Assembly (NCBI GenBank): GCA_963830365.1 | Contig: CAWHMU010000025.1 | Span: 1 to 47,131 of the forward strand | DNA length: 47,131 nt | DNA from: an uncultured Chlamydiae bacterium | GTDB lineage: Bacteria > Chlamydiota > Chlamydiia > Chlamydiales > Parachlamydiaceae | Reading direction: 5' to 3' | Shown here: positions 19,026-29,457 of the stretch, one piece after another | Layout of the letters: every line of letters starts with the position of its first letter | Position numbering within the stretch: the stretch's first letter is position 1 | Position numbers and translations under genes: made by a program | Notes under the pieces: generated by a model | Told to the model about the DNA's origin: nothing | The model's database searches: none | Seen by the model: the letters and a program-made list of their open reading frames with translations, nothing else

Positions 19026-20201
19026 ATGACAGATAGCGCTGAAATTAAAAACACCCCATCGGATGCCCAATTAAAGAAGACCAAGAAGCGCAATTTTATT
19101 TTAATATGCATGCTTATCTTGCTGACTGGCGCCGCCATTTGGTGGTGTGTGACTTGGTGGCTGGTCTATCGCAATTACGAAAGCACTGATGATGCCTATA
19201 TTGGAGGCAATATGGTGGTGTTGTCTTCGCGGCAAGACGGCAGTGTTATCGCCATCCATGTGGATGATACAGTTTATGTCAAACAAGGGGATGTGCTTGT
19301 TCAATTGGATTCAGCCGATTACCTTGAAAATTTTAATCAGAAAAAAGACAGCTTAGCGTTGGCTGCAAGGCATGTGGTAGGTCTTGATGAAGACGTACAG
19401 CAGCAGAAAGCCAATGTACTTTTGCAAGAAGCTAAACATGAGCGGGCTGCACTTGATGCCAGCAGTCGCGGGGCATTGGTGGATTCAGAAGCTATTGCCG
19501 TAGAAGATTTCCAACATGCCACAGCAGATTTACAGATAGCCAAAGCCTCTTTGGAGCTGGCTCGCCATCAGTTAAAGGCGGCCCAAGCCGCATTGGGCAG
19601 CACTGAATTGGCAGAGCATCCGATGATCGAAAATGCCAAAAGCGAGCTTAAGGTGGCATATCTCAGGTGGCAGCGCTGTACGATTAAAGCGCCTGTCACA
19701 GGCTATATCGCTAAAAGAAATGTGCAGCTTGGCCAGACCGTCGGCGCAGGAACTTCTTTGATGGCCATTGTGCCACTGGATGCGATTTGGGTGGATGCCA
19801 ATTTCAAGGAGACCCAGCTTGAAAAGATCAGGATCGGCCAGCCGGTACAGCTTAGGGCAGATATCTACGGCAGCGCCGTCGTTTTCAATGCCAAAGTGGC
19901 AGGCCTGATCCCTGGCAGCGGCAGCGTATTTTCTTTGCTTCCTCCGCAAAACGCCTCCGGTAACTGGATAAAAATTGTGCAGCGCGTGCCGGTGCGCATT
20001 TATTTAGATCAGGAAGAGATGAAGAAATATCCGCTGGTACTGGGGCTGACCGTATACACGACAATCGATATTTCAGATACTACGGGATTGATGCTGGCAG
20101 ATAAGCCGATCGAGCAGTTGACCAGGACTGATGTATTTGAAATCGATATGCATCCGGTCGAAACCATTATCAGTGAAATTCTAAAGGCTAATTTGCCATG
20201 A
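19026..20201 (+). CDS. emrA: EmrA-type membrane fusion protein
   Basis: STDDAY, IKAPVTG, WVDANFKETQL, LLPPQNASGNWIKIVQRVPVRI. Confidence 0.92.
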   Translation: MTDSAEIKNTPSDAQLKKTKKRNFILICMLILLTGAAIWWCVTWWLVYRNYESTDDAYIGGNMVVLSSRQDGSVIAIHVDDTVYVKQGDVLVQLDSADYLENFNQKKDSLALAARHVVGLDEDVQQQKANVLLQEAKHERAALDASSRGALVDSEAIAVEDFQHATADLQIAKASLELARHQLKAAQAALGSTELAEHPMIENAKSELKVAYLRWQRCTIKAPVTGYIAKRNVQLGQTVGAGTSLMAIVPLDAIWVDANFKETQLEKIRIGQPVQLRADIYGSAVVFNAKVAGLIPGSGSVFSLLPPQNASGNWIKIVQRVPVRIYLDQEEMKKYPLVLGLTVYTTIDISDTTGLMLADKPIEQLTRTDVFEIDMHPVETIISEILKANLP

Positions 20202-21736
20202 AGCAACCGCCGCTCACTGGCTTTACGCTATTTCTGCTGGTTTTTGCGCTCGGTTTAGCCACCTTTGTCGAAAGCTTGGATTATTCCATTGCCAATGTGG
20301 CCATTCCATCCATCGCCGCAGGCTTTGGTATGAGTGCGCAGCAAGGGACGTGGGTGATTACGCTATTTGCCGTCACCAGTGCGATCACCTTGGCCTTGAC
20401 GGGATGGCTGGCCACGCGTTTTGGCAGTGTGAAAGTGGCGATTTGGTCGCTGGTAATTTTCACCATCTCTTCATTTTTGTGCGGTGCGGCCTGGAGTTTT
20501 AACTCGCTGATATTCTTCAGGGTGGTACAAGGGGCGGCGGTAGGGCCGCTGATCTCCCTGCCGCAAAGTCTTGTTTTGTCAAATTGTCCTGACGAAAAGA
20601 AAGCGATGTCGCTTGGTTTTATCATCATGATTCTTGTGCTAGCGCCTGTTCTAGGACCTGTTATCGGGGGTTGGATTACCGAGAATTATGGCTGGCCCTG
20701 GATATTCTATATCAATGTGCCGGTTGGCATAGTATCAATTCTGATAATTTTGAAAATTCTATATGGCAGGGAGACTCCGGTCATCAAAATGCCGGTGGAT
20801 GTGGTCGGCATTTTTCTGCTGGTGATCGGCATCGGTGCCCTGCAGATATTTCTAGATAGGGGCAATGACGAGGATTGGTTTGCGTCGCATGAGATTCTGA
20901 CGCTGGCGCTTATGGCATTGGTGGCTTTGGCATTCTTTTTTGTATGGAATGCCTATGCCGAGTATCCGCTGATAGATTTCTCGTATTTCAAGGACACTAA
21001 TTTTAGAGTCGCCACCCTATTGACAGCTTTGGCCTTCTTAGTGCTTCTCGGCACAACGGTGCTTATCCCCCTCTATGTACAAACGCAGCTGGGTTATACG
21101 CCTTATTTGGCAGGGTTGGCCGTAATGCCCGTCGGCATCCTGCCCATATTTATCACGCCAATTGTCGCCGTTGTCATGTTCTCTGTTGGCCTGCGCTCCA
21201 TAGTATCGCTAAGCTTGCTGATTTTGGCTTACACCTGCTTTTGGTATAGCGAGTTGAATACGGAGGTCTCGCTTCGACAGTTGATGGAACCGCGTTTCTA
21301 CCAGGGTCTGGCCGTAGCCCTTTGCTTTTTACCGCTGCAGCAGCTGGCGTTAACGAACATCTCTGAGGAGTCGCTCGCCAAAGCGACCGGAGTCTATAAT
21401 TTCACGCGTCTGATCATCGGCGGGGGGGGGCTAAGCACAGCGCTCTATGTCACAGTCTGGCAGCGGCGCACGAGCTTGCATCATAGCGACTTGACACAGG
21501 TGATGCACCCTTTTGCGACGCCGACGGTAGAATCCTATAAAATTTTAAAAACTGCCGGTTTTGATGATCAGACGGTGCCGTTACTTTTTGACGGCATTGT
21601 GACCAACCAATCCTACCTGATGGGATTTAATGATGTGATGTGGCTTTCGGGCTGGATGTTGATTCTGCTAGTGCCTTTTGTGTGGAGATGCAAAGAGCCC
21701 CCTAAAGGCAAGAAGGTTTCGCTGGCCATGGACTAA
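20198..21736 (+). CDS. emrB: EmrB-type DHA2 MFS efflux permease
   Basis: LDYSIANVAIPSI, QGTWVIT, PVLGPVIGGWIT, WIFYINVPVG, LQIFLDRG..DWF; overlaps the emrA stop (ATGA). Confidence 0.92.
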   Translation: MKQPPLTGFTLFLLVFALGLATFVESLDYSIANVAIPSIAAGFGMSAQQGTWVITLFAVTSAITLALTGWLATRFGSVKVAIWSLVIFTISSFLCGAAWSFNSLIFFRVVQGAAVGPLISLPQSLVLSNCPDEKKAMSLGFIIMILVLAPVLGPVIGGWITENYGWPWIFYINVPVGIVSILIILKILYGRETPVIKMPVDVVGIFLLVIGIGALQIFLDRGNDEDWFASHEILTLALMALVALAFFFVWNAYAEYPLIDFSYFKDTNFRVATLLTALAFLVLLGTTVLIPLYVQTQLGYTPYLAGLAVMPVGILPIFITPIVAVVMFSVGLRSIVSLSLLILAYTCFWYSELNTEVSLRQLMEPRFYQGLAVALCFLPLQQLALTNISEESLAKATGVYNFTRLIIGGGGLSTALYVTVWQRRTSLHHSDLTQVMHPFATPTVESYKILKTAGFDDQTVPLLFDGIVTNQSYLMGFNDVMWLSGWMLILLVPFVWRCKEPPKGKKVSLAMD

Positions 21737-21748
21737 TAAAAAGGATTA

Positions 21749-22591
21749 ATGAAGAGGTTTATGATCCAGAGTTCAAAAACAAAAATTAAAGCGGAACTAT
21801 TTCAACTGCGCCGCTTTAGCGTACGCCCGCCGAGCGATGATGACCTGGCTGCCGCCCAGGCATTTTTCCATCGCGGTGGAAAAGAGCGTGGTGAGATCGG
21901 TATTCTGCTGATCCATGGATTTACGGTTACGCCGGCCTGTTTCTATGCATATGGGAGAACCCTGGTCCAGGCAGGGTACACGGTTTCTGTCCCCCTGTTG
22001 CCGGGGCATGGCACGGTGCCGGCAGCTCTAATGGATGTCACGTGTGCCGATTGGCTGGCGAGTGTACAGAAGAGTTACGACGCCCTCAAAAAAGAGTGCC
22101 AAAAGGTTTTCGTGATTGGGCTATCACTAGGGGGCGCTTTAGGCCTGCAGCTGGCGGTGAGCCGGCCGGACATCGCCAAACTCTTTTTGCTTTCGCCTGC
22201 CGTATACCCCAATCTCCCACTGCGTTTACTCCTGCCTGTCATGCAGGTATTGCCACTGACATACATATTTCATGTTACCGGTGATGTGAAGGATCCCAAA
22301 GGGTATGAAGTTGGCTATCGAAAGGTGGCCATCAACGGTGTCAAGCAACTGGCCGCTTGCATGGCACAAACGCAGCAGATTCTGCCTTTGGTTAAGACGG
22401 ACACTCTGATTTTCCAAGCACGCATCGATCATGAAATTCCGGCAGAAAAAGCGCAGCAGATCTTCGATTTATTGGGATCGGATAAGAAGGAGCTGATATG
22501 GCTTGACGACTCCCGCCATGCCATCTCGGTGGATTTGAATGCCGGCCAGGTATTGCAGCGGATAATGCAGGATATCAGCAAATTGGTATAA
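21749..22591 (+). CDS. Alpha/beta-hydrolase, carboxylesterase / monoacylglycerol lipase-like
   Basis: LIHGFT, LLPGHGT, GLSLGG nucleophile elbow, D and H near the C-terminus (DHEIP, SRHAI). Confidence 0.85.
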   Translation: MKRFMIQSSKTKIKAELFQLRRFSVRPPSDDDLAAAQAFFHRGGKERGEIGILLIHGFTVTPACFYAYGRTLVQAGYTVSVPLLPGHGTVPAALMDVTCADWLASVQKSYDALKKECQKVFVIGLSLGGALGLQLAVSRPDIAKLFLLSPAVYPNLPLRLLLPVMQVLPLTYIFHVTGDVKDPKGYEVGYRKVAINGVKQLAACMAQTQQILPLVKTDTLIFQARIDHEIPAEKAQQIFDLLGSDKKELIWLDDSRHAISVDLNAGQVLQRIMQDISKLV

Positions 22592-22652
22592 AATGATTAT
22601 AAAAAAATGCTTTCTAATGCTAGGTTAAAAAAAATACTATCATATTAACAAA

Positions 22653-23987
22653 ATGGCCATCTTTATGAAAGCACTCCCCATTCGCTTAGCGATATTTTTC
22701 TTCTCGCTGCCCCTATCTCTATCGGCATGGGATAACCATGCCATGCTGACTTCGACTGCGGTAAGCCGCATGCCGGAAGTTCAACAGGCCGCGTCTGTTA
22801 AAGTCGAGGCGCTGGAAAGTTTTATCACTGCCGAGCAAAAAGGCCTCGTCACCCTGCTGGATGAGGTCGAAAATTGGGCTAAACAAAATGTTGCCACCTA
22901 TCCGCCGCTGCCGGCCGAGCTGAAATTCACTGACGGTGAGGATGAAAAGGCCTTAAAAGACCGTTTCATCGCCAGCCTGCGCCTCAATCCCATCTACGCC
23001 ACCGGCGAACCCTATTTCCAACTGCTGCCGGGTGTAAAAGGGCATAAAAAGCATGCCCCTTTTATCAAAATGCAGCCTTTTTGCGCGGACAACCCCACCT
23101 GCCATACGCATAACCCTTTTGAAATTCTAGAAATCGGCGAGACGATCTCAGCCCTTGATGCGCTTGCTACCGCCGTCGATGAGCCGGATTATGGTTTTGA
23201 TGTGGATTTGTGGGAAAACAATGACACACAGTTTGCGAAGAAGTACCATTGGGGAAAGCAGCCATTCGGCTCATCGGCCAGTTTCGGCACGCAGGCTCCC
23301 TTTCATATGGCTTTTTACCACGAGCCCTCCCTCATTTATACGCTAGCGCCCTTTTTGCAACGCACCTATCCCGATTACCGCACCCACGTCTATCTGTCCT
23401 TGGCGCGTTTCGCTTTTAAGACCGGTCATCCCTATTGGGGATGGCGCTTTTTGGGGTATGGCCTGCATTATCTTCAAGACATGACGCAGCCTTACCATGT
23501 ATCGGTCATCCCCGGCCGCAGCACAAGCCAAATGCTGTGGACGTATTTCTTGAAAACAACGCACCTGGGCAGCGATCAATTCATTACCAATGAGCATTTT
23601 GCGCTTGAAAACTATACCTTTTATAGAATGGTAGAGCTGCTTTCGTCCCATGACAAGGAAAGCCCTATCATCAAAGCCCTGCAGGATATGAGCCTCGACG
23701 CTTCCTTCCCTGCATATAGCAATGCTGTCATTCGCGATGTCATCTCTCAAGAGGCTTATGATAAAGGCTCCATGATTAAAGATGCACTCTATAGCTTCAT
23801 CCCTAAGCATTATCTTTCCGACCCCGATTATATTTTCTATGAAACAAATCCCGATATCGACCTCATCACAGAAACTAGCAGCCAGCCGGCCGAGAAAAAG
23901 GCCGCCTTTGACCAGACCTTGGCCATTTTGCTTAAGCCATTTGGCATCTATACGCGAAACGTCATTCGCTATATCCTAAAAGAGTAA
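22653..23987 (+). CDS. Secreted zinc-dependent phospholipase C / P1-nuclease superfamily protein
   Basis: Signal peptide ending LSA followed by mature W-D-N-H; DEPD, FHMAFYH, LHYLQDMTQPYH, H..LE metal ligands. Confidence 0.7.
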   Translation: MAIFMKALPIRLAIFFFSLPLSLSAWDNHAMLTSTAVSRMPEVQQAASVKVEALESFITAEQKGLVTLLDEVENWAKQNVATYPPLPAELKFTDGEDEKALKDRFIASLRLNPIYATGEPYFQLLPGVKGHKKHAPFIKMQPFCADNPTCHTHNPFEILEIGETISALDALATAVDEPDYGFDVDLWENNDTQFAKKYHWGKQPFGSSASFGTQAPFHMAFYHEPSLIYTLAPFLQRTYPDYRTHVYLSLARFAFKTGHPYWGWRFLGYGLHYLQDMTQPYHVSVIPGRSTSQMLWTYFLKTTHLGSDQFITNEHFALENYTFYRMVELLSSHDKESPIIKALQDMSLDASFPAYSNAVIRDVISQEAYDKGSMIKDALYSFIPKHYLSDPDYIFYETNPDIDLITETSSQPAEKKAAFDQTLAILLKPFGIYTRNVIRYILKE

Positions 23988-24001
23988 AAGGGAGCCATCA
24001 A

Positions 24002-25246
24002 ATGCCTATACCTTCCAAGCAATATTTCTCCTCATTCTCATATCTCAATGTCAGCCAATGTTTAAGTGCTTTCAACGACAATTATTATAAAATGCTGGTC
24101 ATATACTTTCTGATAGAGTTGGAGGGTGTCAACAATAGCGAAAGCGTGCTGGCTATGGCCAGCGCCATTTTTGTACTGCCATTTCTCATTTTCGCCCGTA
24201 TCGGAGGCATTTTGGCTGACCGCTTCAGCAAGCGCAATGTCATCGTCATGACGAGATTTGCACAGCTGGCCGTGGCCATCGCGGCATTTCTGTCTTTGTA
24301 CACACAAAGCAAGACAGGATGTTATGTCACTCTATTTGCATTGACCACATTTAGTACGATTTTTATTATCACCAGAAACAGCATTTTGCCTGAATTGGTC
24401 CTAAGCGAGCATATCTCCAAGGCCAATGGTTTGATGACCTCTGTTGGCTTTCTGGGCGTGATTTTGGGTACGTTTTTCGCCTCCTTTATCCTCGAGTTCA
24501 GCGGACGCAATTACGTCATTGCCGGCCTGGCTTTGATCCTCGTGGCCATCCTCTCCTTACTGACAAGCTTGTTTGTCGAATATACCAAGCCTGCCGGCAG
24601 CCCGGAAAAGATTAAATTGTTTTTTCTGTCCGAAATCTTTTCATCCTTGCAGCTGGCGGCGAAGTATCCTTCTCTTTTGCCTGCCGTCATTGGCACAGCG
24701 ACCTTTTACTTCTTTGGTGCTTTTTTTCAGCTGAATATCATTCCGTTTGCCATGCAGTCATTGCATTTAAGCGATGTACAGGGCGGTTATTTGTTTTTAT
24801 TGACGGCCCTGGGAATTGGCGCAGGCTCAATTTTGGCCGGCAGGATTTCCGGTAAAACCGTCGAGCTTGGTTTGGTGCCTGTGGCAGGACTCGGCATTGC
24901 CTTAGGTTGCATTTTGATGTACTTCTTCGCCGGCAGCTTTGCCACAATTATTGTCCTTACCATTATGCTTGGGCTTTTTGGCGGCATGTTCGATATCCCG
25001 CAAGAGACCTTTATCCAAACCAACAGTCCGGCTAATGCCCGCGGACATATCATCGCCGCCACCAATTTCGCGAGCTTCTTTGGCGTGCTGTGTGCTTCGG
25101 GATTGCTATATTTGGTGAGCGTGGTTTTTGGCTTTAGTGCCGCCGTTGGCTTTTTGGTTTTGGCCTCTATCATCCTCCTCGCTAGCGCCTTTCTTGCCAT
25201 AGCCTACAAGGACCATCTAAAAAGCTTCATTGCGCGCATGAAGTAA
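24002..25246 (+). CDS. MFS transporter, LplT/Aas N-terminal lysophospholipid transporter-like
   Basis: SQCLSAFNDNYYKM, GGILADRFSKR, ILPEL...ISKANGL, GIGAGS.LAG.IS, RG.IIAATN. Confidence 0.8.
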   Translation: MPIPSKQYFSSFSYLNVSQCLSAFNDNYYKMLVIYFLIELEGVNNSESVLAMASAIFVLPFLIFARIGGILADRFSKRNVIVMTRFAQLAVAIAAFLSLYTQSKTGCYVTLFALTTFSTIFIITRNSILPELVLSEHISKANGLMTSVGFLGVILGTFFASFILEFSGRNYVIAGLALILVAILSLLTSLFVEYTKPAGSPEKIKLFFLSEIFSSLQLAAKYPSLLPAVIGTATFYFFGAFFQLNIIPFAMQSLHLSDVQGGYLFLLTALGIGAGSILAGRISGKTVELGLVPVAGLGIALGCILMYFFAGSFATIIVLTIMLGLFGGMFDIPQETFIQTNSPANARGHIIAATNFASFFGVLCASGLLYLVSVVFGFSAAVGFLVLASIILLASAFLAIAYKDHLKSFIARMK

Positions 25247-25283
25247 ATTTCATAGTTAGATTGAAGTCTGAGCTGCGTGTATT

Positions 25284-28200
25284 TCAGCTGCAGGACTTGA
25301 CTGAGGCGATGGCCTGCAGCTCCTTATGCAGCTGAGGTGCGCTAACGACGCCCCATTTGCTGTCGATGTGGAGGGTGGCCAAGGCTTTGGCTTCGCTGCA
25401 GAATTCTATCTGCACCGGCACGCTGCCGCGGTGCTTTTCAAAGAGCTCTTTAAGCTCCAGAATGTGGCTTAGCTTGACGCTATCGGCGTCGACCTTGATG
25501 GCCAGATGGGGGGCAGGTTCGGCTTTAGGAGATGTTTTAGCTTTAATTTCCGGGGCTTCGTTTTTCATTGGTTTCTCATTTTTTGGCTGCGTGCCATTTG
25601 CTTTGGGAGCGGCAGGGCTTTTGTGGCTGAATCTGGCGCTTTGATGTTTGGCTTTATCGAAAGCCTGGTCGCAGGCTTCGATCATGGTTTCGTCAGCCCG
25701 CGACAAATCATCCAGCCATTTGCAGGAAAGGCGCACCGCTTCCTCTTTCATTTCCGCATGCAATACCGCATACAGCACCTGATTTTCCTTAAGCAGCGGG
25801 CTCTTTTCTTCATACAAATCGGCCCAGACCGGCAGCTCGTAGCGTTCGATGCCATCGCTGATCACCAGGATGGCAAATTTCTTCTGCGTTTTGGCAGAGA
25901 CGCGCACCTGGACAGTTTCGACGATAAAAGCGCAGCGGTAGGTGGCTTCGGTCGTCACTTCCTGCACCTTATTCAGCGGCACACAGGAGAGGCGCCCTAA
26001 AACATCGCGATAGGCATCCAGCGGATGCCCCGTCAGGAAAAAGCCCATCAGTTCTTTTTCCCTCAGCAGCACATTCTGCTTGGCGCGGCGGCTTTTGACT
26101 TCCGGCGGCTTGGCAAAGCGCGCTTCGGCGGTGTCGCCCATCAAAGAAAATAGGCTCATCACGCCGGCGGCAGCTTCTTTTTGTTCCTGCATGGCCGTTT
26201 CATACATAGGATCGATGCTATGCCGTAAGGCATCACGCGTCCAGCCGGTGAAGTCGAAACACCCCGCGTCAACCAGATCTTCGATGACCTTCTTGCCGAC
26301 TTTTTTGGTATCGATGCGTTTGCAGAAACTATAAAGGCTTTTGAAAGGGCCCTTTTTGCGCCTTTCTTCAATGATGGCTTCCACAACGCCTGTGCCGACA
26401 CCTTTGATACCCGACATGGCAAAGCGGATGCCCTTGGGGGAGGCTGAAAAAGAGCTGCCGGCTTCATTGACATCGGGCGGCAGCATCGGGATGCCCATCG
26501 ATTGGCATTCGCGGATGAATTTAGCCACCTTGGTCAAATCGTCGCTATCGCATGTCATGAGCGCCGCCATCCACTCCTTGGGATAGTTGGCTTTTAGGTA
26601 AGCCGTTACATACGAGACAAAGCCATAGGCGGCGGCGTGGGATTTATTGAAACCGTAGGATGCAAATTTCTCCATTTTGTCAAAGACGCGCATCGACACT
26701 TCCTCATCAATGCCGTTTTCTAGAGCCCCTGTGCGGAATTTCTCCCGCTCTTTGCTCATCTGCTCCATGTCCTTTTTACCCATGGCCCGCCGCAGGACAT
26801 CGCCTTCGCCGAGCGAATAGCGCGCCAGCTTACTGGCAATCTGCATCACCTGTTCCTGATACACCATAATGCCGTAAGTCTCAGACAAAATATCCTTCAT
26901 CCATGGGTGGTCGTATTCGATCGGCTCACGCCCATGCTTGCGGTTGATGAAGGAGGGGATCATATCCATCGGACCGGGACGATAGAGAGCGCCTACGGCG
27001 ATGATCTCTTCGAACTTATCCAGGTGCAGCTGGCGCGCCAGATCCTGCATGCCGCCGGATTCCAACTGAAAGATGCCCATCGTCTTGCCCTGGTTGAGCA
27101 AGTCGAAAGTCGGTTTGTCATCGAGTGCCAGATTCACCCAGTCGATATCACGCCCTGTGCTATGCTTGATGGCGTCGACACAGATCTTGATGGCCGTCAG
27201 CGTTTTAAGTCCGAGAAAGTCCACCTTGAGCATGCCGACCAACTCCACAGGCTTCATCGAATACTGCGTCACCGGCATATCGGAGTCTTTGGCATTGCAT
27301 AAGGGGATGTAGTTGGTCAGCGGCTCGCCGCTGATGATGATGCCTGCGGCATGGATGCCGGTATTGCGGATGGAACCTTCCAATTGGCGCCCGATATCAA
27401 GCACGCGCCTGGCTTCGTCATCGCTTTCATACATATTTCGTAGATCGGCATCTTTTTCCAAAGCCTTGTCGAGGGTGATATTAAGATCTTCCGGCACGAG
27501 TTTGGCGATCTCATTCACCTTGGCAAGAGGCACGCTGAGCACCCTGCCCACGTCCTTGATGGACATCTTGGCCTTCATAGTGCCGAAGGTGATGATTTGG
27601 GCGACGTTGTCTTTGCCATATTTTTGCAAGGTGTAATTGATCACCTCGCCGCGCTTGTCCATGCAGATATCAACGTCGATATCGGGATATGAGAGGCGTT
27701 CCGGATTGATGAAACGCTCAAAGAACAGGTGGAAGCGCAGCGGTTCGATATCGGTAATGCCGATCAGATAAAGCACGATGGAGCCAGCGCCGGATCCCCG
27801 GCCGGGCCCCATGGGGATGCCGTTGCGCTTGGCCCAGTTGATGAAATCCCATACGATAAGCAGATAATCGCTCATCCCTTTAGGTACGATCACGGCAAGC
27901 TCGTAAGCCAGACGTTCGCGCACCACTTCCATCGGATCGCGTCCGGGATAGATTTCCAGAACCTTTGCCAGGCGTTCGGGGGTATACCGCTGCCCAATCC
28001 CCTCTTCGCACAGCTTCCATAAGAATTCCTCGACAGCTTTGGCCTGTTCTTCTTTGCTATATTGCTTTCCATCCAAACTTGCGGGCAGATAAATGGGATA
28101 ATGCTTTGTTTTGAAATCCATCTCGACATGGCAGCTTTCGGCGATGCGCACGCTATTGGCCAAGGCTTCGGGGATATCGGCAAACAGGGCTGCCATTTGC

Positions 28201-29054
28201 TGCGGTGATTTGAAATAATATTCATGTGAAGGATAGGTATGGCGCTTCGGATTCGGCACGCGCACCTTGGGGTTGCCGTAAGAATCCTTCTCCCAGATTT
28301 CACAAGGTTCGCCAGACTGGACATTGAGCAGGATCTCGTGGGCCTGCCAATCTGAACGATCGATATAATGACTATCATTGGTCGCCACCAACGGGATGCC
28401 GAGTTCTCCCCCCACTTCAAGCAAGGCTTGATTGACCTTGGCCTGCTGCTGCATATAACTTTGATAGTGCTGATGAAGCCATGACTCCTGATACATGCCA
28501 TCGTCTTGCATATCCTGCTCGCTCATAGCATGGCGCTGCAACTCAAGATAATAATCCTCACCAAACAGCTCGCGATACCACTTGATCTGGGCAACGAGCG
28601 TCTCGCGCGTGCCATGCAACACTTCATGTGCCAGACGACTGTCAATGCCGCCTGATAAGCAGATCAGCCCTTCGCTATGGCTCTTCAATATTTCTTCATC
28701 GATGCGGGGAGTATAGTAGAACCCCTCTAGATAGCCCATCGATGAGAGTTTGCAAAGATTGTGATAGCCCTGTTTATTTTTGGCCAATAAGACAAGGTTA
28801 AAGCTTGCACGCGGCCCCTCTTTTTTCTTATCTTGGCGCCTGCCTGGTGCTACATATAGCTCGCAGCCTATGATTGCCTTGACCTTTGCATCTTTGCATG
28901 CTTTGTAAAAATCCACCGCCCCATACAAATTGCCATGATCTGTAAGAGCTACTGCCGGCATGCCAAAGTGTGCGGCCTTTTCAGCCAGCTTATGCACGGA
29001 AGCCGAAGCATCGAGAATAGAATATTGCGAATGGACGTGCAGCGGGACCCACAT
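25284..29054 (-). CDS. dnaE: DNA polymerase III subunit alpha
   Basis: LHVHSQYSILD, ALTDHGN, GPGRGSGAGS, PDIDVD, KVDFLGL, YGFNKSHA. Confidence 0.98.
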   Translation of the reverse strand: MWVPLHVHSQYSILDASASVHKLAEKAAHFGMPAVALTDHGNLYGAVDFYKACKDAKVKAIIGCELYVAPGRRQDKKKEGPRASFNLVLLAKNKQGYHNLCKLSSMGYLEGFYYTPRIDEEILKSHSEGLICLSGGIDSRLAHEVLHGTRETLVAQIKWYRELFGEDYYLELQRHAMSEQDMQDDGMYQESWLHQHYQSYMQQQAKVNQALLEVGGELGIPLVATNDSHYIDRSDWQAHEILLNVQSGEPCEIWEKDSYGNPKVRVPNPKRHTYPSHEYYFKSPQQMAALFADIPEALANSVRIAESCHVEMDFKTKHYPIYLPASLDGKQYSKEEQAKAVEEFLWKLCEEGIGQRYTPERLAKVLEIYPGRDPMEVVRERLAYELAVIVPKGMSDYLLIVWDFINWAKRNGIPMGPGRGSGAGSIVLYLIGITDIEPLRFHLFFERFINPERLSYPDIDVDICMDKRGEVINYTLQKYGKDNVAQIITFGTMKAKMSIKDVGRVLSVPLAKVNEIAKLVPEDLNITLDKALEKDADLRNMYESDDEARRVLDIGRQLEGSIRNTGIHAAGIIISGEPLTNYIPLCNAKDSDMPVTQYSMKPVELVGMLKVDFLGLKTLTAIKICVDAIKHSTGRDIDWVNLALDDKPTFDLLNQGKTMGIFQLESGGMQDLARQLHLDKFEEIIAVGALYRPGPMDMIPSFINRKHGREPIEYDHPWMKDILSETYGIMVYQEQVMQIASKLARYSLGEGDVLRRAMGKKDMEQMSKEREKFRTGALENGIDEEVSMRVFDKMEKFASYGFNKSHAAAYGFVSYVTAYLKANYPKEWMAALMTCDSDDLTKVAKFIRECQSMGIPMLPPDVNEAGSSFSASPKGIRFAMSGIKGVGTGVVEAIIEERRKKGPFKSLYSFCKRIDTKKVGKKVIEDLVDAGCFDFTGWTRDALRHSIDPMYETAMQEQKEAAAGVMSLFSLMGDTAEARFAKPPEVKSRRAKQNVLLREKELMGFFLTGHPLDAYRDVLGRLSCVPLNKVQEVTTEATYRCAFIVETVQVRVSAKTQKKFAILVISDGIERYELPVWADLYEEKSPLLKENQVLYAVLHAEMKEEAVRLSCKWLDDLSRADETMIEACDQAFDKAKHQSARFSHKSPAAPKANGTQPKNEKPMKNEAPEIKAKTSPKAEPAPHLAIKVDADSVKLSHILELKELFEKHRGSVPVQIEFCSEAKALATLHIDSKWGVVSAPQLHKELQAIASVKSCS

Positions 29055-29083
29055 AGAAACACCGTTTTAAGTTGGAATTAGAC

Positions 29084-29248
29084 TATACCATGATCTAGTG
29101 AGAATTTGACATATGTGACTGCGCCAAAGCCCCGCGATTGCATGGTTGTAAGCCACCCCATATTTGCAATATGGGGTGGCTTACAATTATGCAACCCCGG
29201 GGCTTTGGCGCAGTCACATATGTCAAATTCTCACTAGATCATGGCATA
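29084..29248. repeat. ~165-bp near-perfect palindrome (TA-flanked MITE-like)
   Basis: ta-taccatgatctagtgagaatttgacatatgtgactgcgccaaagcccc ... ggggctttggcgcagtcacatatgtcaaattctcactagatcatggca-ta, with a tiny central loop near 29166. Confidence 0.9.
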
Positions 29249-29457
29249 CAGCTTATCCTATTTCTGCTTGCTTCGCAAGAGTTTGGATAATCCATCTCTT
29301 TTTGGACTCTTTAATTTCAATAAATCTATTACACACTATTTTGTTGACGGTTTCCCCCAGATATGCTAGAAATCCAAAATGCAAAAGCTTCTCTTTTTCA
29401 AACATTCACAATATAAAAAGTTGTATTAATTTTACTGTTTAATAATTGAAATAAATA

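Noticed and set aside
25284..29054. Possible intein in DnaE
   Set aside because: The length is normal for the family, and no C...HN-C/S splice motifs or LAGLIDADG blocks were seen.
29164..29442. 92-aa ORF upstream of the FHA gene
   Set aside because: Starts in the centre of the palindrome and runs through AT-rich promoter DNA; no coding features.
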